A stretch of DNA of 32,000 nt from Burkholderiales bacterium (GTDB lineage: Bacteria > Pseudomonadota > Gammaproteobacteria > Burkholderiales > Burkholderiaceae_A). Positions 26,313 through 32,000 of this stretch are shown one piece after another; the first letter of the stretch is position 1, and each line of letters opens with the position of its first letter. Where the stretch lies: assembly GCA_965194335.1 (NCBI GenBank), contig OZ239141.1:1756948-1788947 (forward strand), in the 5' to 3' direction. A program made the position numbers and the translations under genes. The notes beneath the pieces are model-generated. The model was not told where the DNA came from, did no database searches, and was given only the letters and a program-made list of their open reading frames with translations.

Positions 26313-26762
26313 TTATTGGGCTAGCCTGGTTTTAAGCATCTGGGACACGAGGCCCATGTCGGCCTTGCCCGCAAGAAGTGGTTTGATCAATGCCATCACC
26401 TTGCCCATATCCTGAGGACCGGTGGCATTCGCTTGTAAGACCGCAGTCTCGATAACCTGCGCGATTTCTGCCTCAGACATCTGGGCGGGCATGTAGGCCA
26501 TCAAGAGCGCGAGTTCTGCCTGCTCCTTGTCGACAAGGTCTTGCCGACCACCCAGCTGAAACTGCGCAATCGAATCCTTACGCTGCTTGATCATCTTCTC
26601 TAAGATCGACAACACCGCCGGATCGGTCAATTCAATCCGCTCATCAACTTCTTTCTGTTTGATTCCGGCAGTGATGAGGCGCAAGGTTGTGAGCTTGTCG
26701 CCCTCCTTGGCCCGCATGGCCGCCTTGATATCGTCTTGGAGTTTTTCTTTTAGGGACATCAA
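26313..26762 (-). CDS. GatB/YqeY domain-containing protein
   Basis: 149 aa. LKEKLQDDIKAAMRAKE...L..LRLI.A.IKQKEVD is the typical YqeY pattern. It occupies the usual position between rpsU and dnaG. Confidence 0.85.
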   Translation of the reverse strand: MMSLKEKLQDDIKAAMRAKEGDKLTTLRLITAGIKQKEVDERIELTDPAVLSILEKMIKQRKDSIAQFQLGGRQDLVDKEQAELALLMAYMPAQMSEAEIAQVIETAVLQANATGPQDMGKVMALIKPLLAGKADMGLVSQMLKTRLAQ

Positions 26763-26793
26763 TTCCCCAGCTGCCGGAGTTTCTGACCGGCTT

Positions 26794-27006
26794 TTAGTAC
26801 TTCCGCTTGGGAAGCATCATGCTGCGAACACGCTTATAGTGCCGTTTGACTGCGGCAGCTTTCTTGCGTTTGCGCTCGGCGGTTGGCTTTTCGTAGAATT
26901 CTCGGGCCCGCAGTTCGGTTAAGAGACCAATTTTTTCAATGGTGCGCTTAAAGCGGCGAAGTGCTGCTTCAAAGGGCTCATTTTCTTTTAAACGTACAAG
27001 AGGCAT
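26794..27006 (-). CDS. rpsU: 30S ribosomal protein S21
   Basis: 70 aa. [55 protein letters not shown]. Confidence 0.97.
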   Translation of the reverse strand: MPLVRLKENEPFEAALRRFKRTIEKIGLLTELRAREFYEKPTAERKRKKAAAVKRHYKRVRSMMLPKRKY

Positions 27007-27077
27007 TATGAATTTCGTCCGAACAAAATTGTTAATCGAGAACCCATAAGTATCGCGGACTAAAGGCTTTCTGGCAA

Positions 27078-28211
27078 GTGTCTCCCCCCCTATCGACCCA
27101 AGACCCCCCCCACCCCGACGAAATTTGGCGCTCTTGGCGGAAATCCGCCGTGGGGCAAGCGGATAGGGTCATCTTAGGGATCGAGACCTCCTGCGATGAG
27201 ACGGGTGTGGCCCTGGTACGGCTTACCCCGAATAGGTCAGGCCTTCCAACCGGAGAAATTTTAGGGCAGGCCCTCCATAGTCAGATTGCAATGCATGCCG
27301 ACTACGGTGGGGTTGTCCCTGAATTAGCCTCCCGAGATCACATTCTTCGGCTGCCTCACCTGGCTCGAGCGGCGCTGAGAGAGGCCAGATTAAGCTGGTC
27401 AGATATTGACGCAATCGCTTATACCGAAGGGCCGGGTCTCGCGGGCGCCCTCTTGGTTGGCGCAAGTACAGCACACGGCCTTGCGGCGGCAATTAATCGG
27501 CCGACCCTCGGGGTACACCATCTTGAAGGGCATCTTCTTTCGCCCTTACTAGATCGGGATGCTGCTGCGCTGGCCTTCCCCTTCCTCGCCTTGCTCGTGA
27601 GCGGGGGTCATACACAGATTATGGAAGTTCGTGGCGTCGGCGACTATGCGCTTCTTGGTGAAACCATCGACGATGCGGCGGGTGAGGCATTTGACAAATC
27701 GGCGCAGCTTCTCGGGCTTGGCTACCCGGGCGGGCCCGCGATTAGCCAATGGGCCAGGCAGGGCAACCCAAAACGATTTGATTTGCCACGACCCCTCATG
27801 AAGCGGGAAACCCTAGACTTTAGCTTCGCAGGATTAAAGACCGCCGTATTGACTCAGGTTCAAAAACTCCAAGGCGCCAACGGGCTTGACGACCAGGCTA
27901 AGGCAGATATGGCGGCGAGCCTGCAAGCGGCCATCGTCGATGTTTTGATCGCCAAGTGTCAGCGTGCGATCGATCAGACGGGCATTGCACGGCTCGTTAT
28001 TGCCGGTGGTGTAAGCGCCAATCAAGAACTGCGATCGAAGCTCTATCGATTAGAAAAAACAGACGGGATTGAAATCCTTTTCCCCGCCCCCTCCCTCTGT
28101 ACTGACAATGGCGTCATGATTGCCTGGGCAGGCGGATTACGGCTATTTTCTGGCGCACGACCCGTCAATGCGGGCGCGTTTGGCGTAAAACCTCGCTGGC
28201 CCTTGAGCTGA
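27078..28211 (+). CDS. tsaD: tRNA N6-adenosine threonylcarbamoyltransferase TsaD
   Basis: Has [15 protein letters not shown], HxxGH (HHLEGHLL) and GGVSAN, and is divergent from rpsU as in E. coli. The track start (GTG 27078) gives an unusually long Pro-rich leader. GTG 27150 is a more family-typical start. Confidence 0.9.
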   Translation: MSPPLSTQDPPHPDEIWRSWRKSAVGQADRVILGIETSCDETGVALVRLTPNRSGLPTGEILGQALHSQIAMHADYGGVVPELASRDHILRLPHLARAALREARLSWSDIDAIAYTEGPGLAGALLVGASTAHGLAAAINRPTLGVHHLEGHLLSPLLDRDAAALAFPFLALLVSGGHTQIMEVRGVGDYALLGETIDDAAGEAFDKSAQLLGLGYPGGPAISQWARQGNPKRFDLPRPLMKRETLDFSFAGLKTAVLTQVQKLQGANGLDDQAKADMAASLQAAIVDVLIAKCQRAIDQTGIARLVIAGGVSANQELRSKLYRLEKTDGIEILFPAPSLCTDNGVMIAWAGGLRLFSGARPVNAGAFGVKPRWPLS

Positions 28212-28224
28212 TGAGGCAAGTCGA

Positions 28225-28860
28225 TCAGGGTTGAGGTCTATCGCGAAACGCTTGTTCTTGGCCAGACAGCAGCTGAGCGATATTTTTCTTGTGACGAATT
28301 ACCAGTAGCACGGCAATGGACAGCGTTGCCCAAAACGTTAGATCAAGCCCTTTTAAAAATAATGTAACTACTGGGGCTGCCCCCGCTGCGCTTAAGGCCG
28401 CCAGAGACGAAATGCGGCCCACGCGGGCAACGACCAGCCAGACCAACCCCGTGAGAAGCCCAATTGCAGGCATAAAGCCAAGCAGGACGCCGAATGCAGT
28501 CGCAACGCCTTTGCCGCCTTGAAAACGAAAATAAATGGGGTACAAATGCCCCAGAAAAACAGCCACACCGCAGAGGGCAACCGCAGCCGGTATCAACGGC
28601 TCGGGTAACACTCGGGGCGCGATGACGCCCGCCATGAGAACAACGAGAAACCCCTTTGCCGCATCCCCGAATAATGTGAGTGCGGCCGCAATCTTATCGC
28701 CGCTACGCAATACATTCGTCGCACCTGGGTTGTGTGAACCATAAGAGCGCGGGTCTGCGATACCGCGCAAACGACTTACCACGATTGCAAACGATATCGA
28801 GCCAATCAGGTAAGCAATAAGCGCATAGAGCGCCAAGAGTGGTTCGAATGACATCAGCAT
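28225..28860 (-). CDS. plsY: glycerol-3-phosphate acyltransferase PlsY
   Basis: 211 aa, multi-pass membrane protein with GSHNPGATNVLR and FKGGKG-like (FQGGKGVAT) motifs. Confidence 0.9.
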   Translation of the reverse strand: MLMSFEPLLALYALIAYLIGSISFAIVVSRLRGIADPRSYGSHNPGATNVLRSGDKIAAALTLFGDAAKGFLVVLMAGVIAPRVLPEPLIPAAVALCGVAVFLGHLYPIYFRFQGGKGVATAFGVLLGFMPAIGLLTGLVWLVVARVGRISSLAALSAAGAAPVVTLFLKGLDLTFWATLSIAVLLVIRHKKNIAQLLSGQEQAFRDRPQP

Positions 28861-28863
28861 ATT

Positions 28864-29883
28864 CTATGCCCGGGGATGATGCTTTGCGTGAATTGCTTTC
28901 AGCCGATCATTGGCGACATGGGTGTAGACCTGAGTGGTTGATATATCCGCATGTCCCAACAGCATCTGAACGGCCCGGAGATCGGCCCCATGATTTAAGA
29001 GGTGTGTTGCAAACGCATGACGAAGCGTGTGCGGCGAGAGTGGCAGTTCAAGTCCCGCGATAAGGCCATAGTTCTTAATAATTCTCCAGAAGCGCTGGCG
29101 GCTCATGGGCTCTGCACGCTCTGTCACAAAGAGACTATCGCATTGGCGGCCATGCAATAGCGCTGGTCGTGCCGTCTTCATATAACGGGCAAGCCACTGC
29201 ATCGCCTCTTCACCAATCGGAACCAGGCGCTCTTTATCTCCTTTGCCAAGGACACGAACAACACCATCTGATAGCGATACATCGATACTTTTCAGAGTAA
29301 TCAACTCGCTCACACGTAATCCTGCGGCATACATCATTTCGAGCATTGCTCGATCACGTAATCCGAGATCCTTCATGGAATCCGGCGCATTTAAAAGCCG
29401 TTCGACCTGCGATTCGATGGGTGCCTTAGGAAAGCGATTCGGCCGTCGGGCGCTCTTGAGCAGTAGGCAAGGATCATCATCACGACGACCGAGCCGCATC
29501 AGCCAGCCAAAATAACGACGTAGCGAAGACAGTCGTCGATTGGCAGTGGTCGCACGAACCGTCGAGAATCGTTCAGAAAAATATCGGCTGACCTGCTCAC
29601 GCGATAACTGCGCCAGACCCTCCAACTGCTGCTCGGACAGCCAGGCTGCTAGATCGAGCAAATCCTGCCGATAGGCTGCCAGCGTATTCTTCGAGAGGCC
29701 ATCTTCGAGCCATAGTCCATCACAGAAACGATCAATCTCTGCCCGGTCCTGCGGTCTCAATGAGGGCGCTGTCGAGGTTGCCAAGCGATTAGTCACGGTA
29801 GACTCGAGTCTTTTCTGAGGGTCCATGAACGGATTTTCACTTCTTTTTCCAGACTTCGCCATGATTGCCGCAGGGTACCTCAT
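28864..29883 (-). CDS. xerD: site-specific tyrosine recombinase XerD
   Basis: Has F.D.LWLEDGLSKNTLAAYRQDL at the N-terminus, LRHAFATHLL, GHADISTTQVYTH and a C-terminal HPRA. The true start may be an internal Met (29862 or 29826). The longest ORF overlaps the divergent transporter start. Confidence 0.88.
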   Translation of the reverse strand: MRYPAAIMAKSGKRSENPFMDPQKRLESTVTNRLATSTAPSLRPQDRAEIDRFCDGLWLEDGLSKNTLAAYRQDLLDLAAWLSEQQLEGLAQLSREQVSRYFSERFSTVRATTANRRLSSLRRYFGWLMRLGRRDDDPCLLLKSARRPNRFPKAPIESQVERLLNAPDSMKDLGLRDRAMLEMMYAAGLRVSELITLKSIDVSLSDGVVRVLGKGDKERLVPIGEEAMQWLARYMKTARPALLHGRQCDSLFVTERAEPMSRQRFWRIIKNYGLIAGLELPLSPHTLRHAFATHLLNHGADLRAVQMLLGHADISTTQVYTHVANDRLKAIHAKHHPRA

Positions 29884-30736
29884 GATGCGAACGCAGTGGC
29901 TGAGCCGTCCCTTCTGGGAGGGCTGCGAGAAACTCGTTTACTTCGTGTTGTTCCCCGCACTGCTGTTTGCGGCAATCACCCGGAGTAATCTTGGCTCAGA
30001 CCAGACGGCGTTGATGGTCCAGATCTCGCTATTGGCCATGCTGGGTGCAGCTGCCCTGGGTGTGCTCACACGCTGGATACCGGGGTTGACCCGCATGGAC
30101 TGGGCCTCTGGGGTTCAGTGTGCTTTTCGCTTCAACACCTATGTTGGTTTTGCCATCGCGGCACGCGCTGCGGGAAGTGAGGGCCTGGCGCTGATGGCCG
30201 TGATTGTCGGGTTTACCGTTCCGGTAGCAAACCTCTTTGCCGTGTCATTTCTTGCCAATACTTTTCATCCCGTTAAGCTCTTAAAAGAACTCTCCCGAAA
30301 TCCTCTGCTGCTCGCAACCGTCGCGGGTATTGTTGCCAATCTTCTTAGCCTTCATCCTCCGGAATTAATCTACGGGGTTCTTGATCGTGCGAGCTCGGCA
30401 TCGCTCGCACTTGGATTAATGTGTGTGGGGGCTGGCTTGAACTTTGAAGGAATCCGGAGTGCGACGGCAAAATGGCAGGCTGGTACGGTCACTGCTATCA
30501 AGCTGCTTGCGGTACCCATGATGACCTGGGGGCTATGCAGCGCCATGGGGTTAACCGGCATTCAGCGCGATATTGCAATTCTGTTTGCAACCATGCCAAC
30601 GGCAACTAGTGCTTATATTCTGGCTGTTCGCATGGGGGGCAACGGGCCGCTTGCGGCGAGCATGGTCTCGCTATCGACTCTTGCGTCAATGGTCACGATC
30701 ACAGCCTGGTATGCAGTTCTAAAGGGGGTCTCATAA
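29825..30736 (+). CDS. AEC (auxin efflux carrier) family transporter
   Basis: 303 aa, about 10 hydrophobic segments, typical AEC/membrane-transport family length and pattern. Confidence 0.7.
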   Translation: MNGFSLLFPDFAMIAAGYLMMRTQWLSRPFWEGCEKLVYFVLFPALLFAAITRSNLGSDQTALMVQISLLAMLGAAALGVLTRWIPGLTRMDWASGVQCAFRFNTYVGFAIAARAAGSEGLALMAVIVGFTVPVANLFAVSFLANTFHPVKLLKELSRNPLLLATVAGIVANLLSLHPPELIYGVLDRASSASLALGLMCVGAGLNFEGIRSATAKWQAGTVTAIKLLAVPMMTWGLCSAMGLTGIQRDIAILFATMPTATSAYILAVRMGGNGPLAASMVSLSTLASMVTITAWYAVLKGVS

Positions 30737-30769
30737 TGCCCCGATACCCCTGAGCGTTAGACCTGAACG

Positions 30770-31909
30770 TTAGGTCCTCACATTAGCCTGCGCAATCGCC
30801 CAATGGATATGCTCACGAAGCATTTCAGACTCACAGTCTGCCCGCGTGACAAGGGCCGCCAATAAGTCTTCCCTCAACGAACGTGGGCAATCGGGCCGGG
30901 CGAGGCTATTTCCAATTGCAACTGCGATATTTCTAAGCCACTGCAGATAGCCAATCCGAAGAATCGCGCTGCCCTGATGCCGGTGAGCAAACTCCGTTTC
31001 GCTCCAGGAAAATAATTCGATTAACTGGGCCTGATCGAGGCCGTTTCGTACCTCAAAATCCTGCACAGTAGCCACCCGAGCAAACCGATTCCATGGGCAT
31101 GCCTGCTGGCAATCGTCGCAGCCATAGACTCGATTGCCCATGAGGCCCCGAAGCGGTACCGGAATTGCCCCCGAGTGCTCGATCGTGAGGTAAGAAATAC
31201 AACGGCGCGCATCGAGTTGGTAGGGTGCGACAAACGCCTGGGTGGGGCAGACCGAGATGCATTGCCGACAGGTTCCGCAATGGCCCTGCGGCGACTCGGA
31301 AAGAATAGGCTCATGGCGGATTTCTGAGATGGGCATATCGGTAAGCAACACACCGAGAAAGAACATGGACCCTTGCTCCCGATTGAGTAACAAGGTGTGC
31401 TTGCCTCGCCACCCAAGGCCGCATCGCTGCGCCAGAGCAATCTCTAAGACAGGGGCGGAATCAACACAGGCGCGAAACTGATAGACGGTGTCCGCGTGCC
31501 CCGCCTGCTCAGACAGCAGGCGTGCTAGTGAGACCAATCGTCTCCGCAGAATTTTGTGATAGTCCCGGCCCTGCGCATAAACAGAAATCACTGCACGATC
31601 AGGCTGCTCAAGCGCAGAGGTATCGTAATCACGCCAGCCTGGATGCGCTGTGGTGGGGAGGTAATCCATTGTCACCACAATGGCGCGACAACCGTTTGCA
31701 GGCTTAGCAAAGAGCCCCTTTGGATTGGCGCGCAATTCCTGGTGGCGCGCCAGATACCCCATCTCACCCCCATAGCCCGCATCGAGCCAGTCCTTGAAAT
31801 GAACCATTTCCTCACGCAGGCTGTCCTTCGCATCGAGCGCAACGACGCCGAGCCTGGAAAAACCAAGCGACTTGGCACTTAGAATGAGGTCATCTGAGTC
31901 AAAAACCAT
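30770..31909 (-). CDS. queG: epoxyqueuosine reductase
   Basis: 379 aa. Has two 4Fe-4S motifs (CGTCRQCISVCP and CDDCQQACPWN) and C-terminal HEAT-like repeats. Confidence 0.9.
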   Translation of the reverse strand: MVFDSDDLILSAKSLGFSRLGVVALDAKDSLREEMVHFKDWLDAGYGGEMGYLARHQELRANPKGLFAKPANGCRAIVVTMDYLPTTAHPGWRDYDTSALEQPDRAVISVYAQGRDYHKILRRRLVSLARLLSEQAGHADTVYQFRACVDSAPVLEIALAQRCGLGWRGKHTLLLNREQGSMFFLGVLLTDMPISEIRHEPILSESPQGHCGTCRQCISVCPTQAFVAPYQLDARRCISYLTIEHSGAIPVPLRGLMGNRVYGCDDCQQACPWNRFARVATVQDFEVRNGLDQAQLIELFSWSETEFAHRHQGSAILRIGYLQWLRNIAVAIGNSLARPDCPRSLREDLLAALVTRADCESEMLREHIHWAIAQANVRT

Positions 31910-31919
31910 GCATAAAAGT

Positions 31920-32000
31920 ATGAGCCAAAAACCACCGCCACTGCTGCAACATGAATTTGCTGCCGTGGATGAGGCTTTATCGGCTCAAATCGCCCGGGCG
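31920..32000 (+). CDS. 5' end of an unidentified CDS running off the right edge (position would fit tsaE, unverified)
   Basis: ATG 31920 is followed by an open frame, MSQKPPPLLQHEFAAVDEALSAQIARA. Only 27 codons are visible. Confidence 0.25.
   Translation, partial: MSQKPPPLLQHEFAAVDEALSAQIARA

Noticed and set aside
29824-29883. The overlap of the divergent xerD and AEC-transporter 5' ends (CATG at 29824-29827) as a regulatory peculiarity.
   Set aside because: It most likely reflects an over-extended xerD ORF in the track. An internal Met gives a family-typical XerD length, so the overlap is probably not real.

Overview
This is a chromosomal window of betaproteobacterial (Burkholderiales-like) type, roughly 52-55% G+C by eye. 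That placement is inferred from a Bug/TctC-family binding protein and from the conserved tsaD / rpsU-yqeY-dnaG-rpoD-tRNA(CAU) synteny.

Most of the window is ordinary core or metabolic DNA:
- partial bchD plus bchI (Mg-chelatase)
- a DSD1-type PLP enzyme, Bcp peroxiredoxin, an MFS transporter, NIPSNAP, a LON-N domain protein, a DcyD-like enzyme and an alpha/beta hydrolase
- TctC followed by a four-gene L-threonate/D-erythronate type acid-sugar operon (LtnD-, DenD-, OtnK- and OtnC-like)
- greB, a flavin reductase, a DinB-family protein and a second peroxiredoxin
- on the right, rpoD (with an unusual ~290-aa Lys/Ala/Pro-rich N-terminal extension), dnaG, yqeY, rpsU, tsaD, plsY, xerD, an AEC transporter and queG

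The stand-out feature is a ~5.9 kb low-G+C (~40%) integrative element at 15580-21485.
- It is inserted in the anticodon loop of the tRNA(CAU, Ile2-like) gene downstream of rpoD. The two halves of the host tRNA lie 5.9 kb apart, flanked by a 10-bp direct repeat.
- The element carries its own complete, terminator-equipped tRNA(CAU) next to a 452-aa tyrosine integrase.
- It also encodes a second, minimal tyrosine recombinase, a candidate HUH (rolling-circle type) Rep protein next to a hairpin and repeated TTCTGTTCA motifs, and two hypothetical proteins.
- Its cargo is a SAM-methyltransferase gene whose only ATG start is separated from the body of the ORF by a perfect (AG)35 tract that currently puts it out of frame. 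This looks like a slipped-strand phase-variation switch.
- By eye, the whole element contains no GATC and no CCGG.

All functional calls come from reading the translations and motifs. No database search was run.
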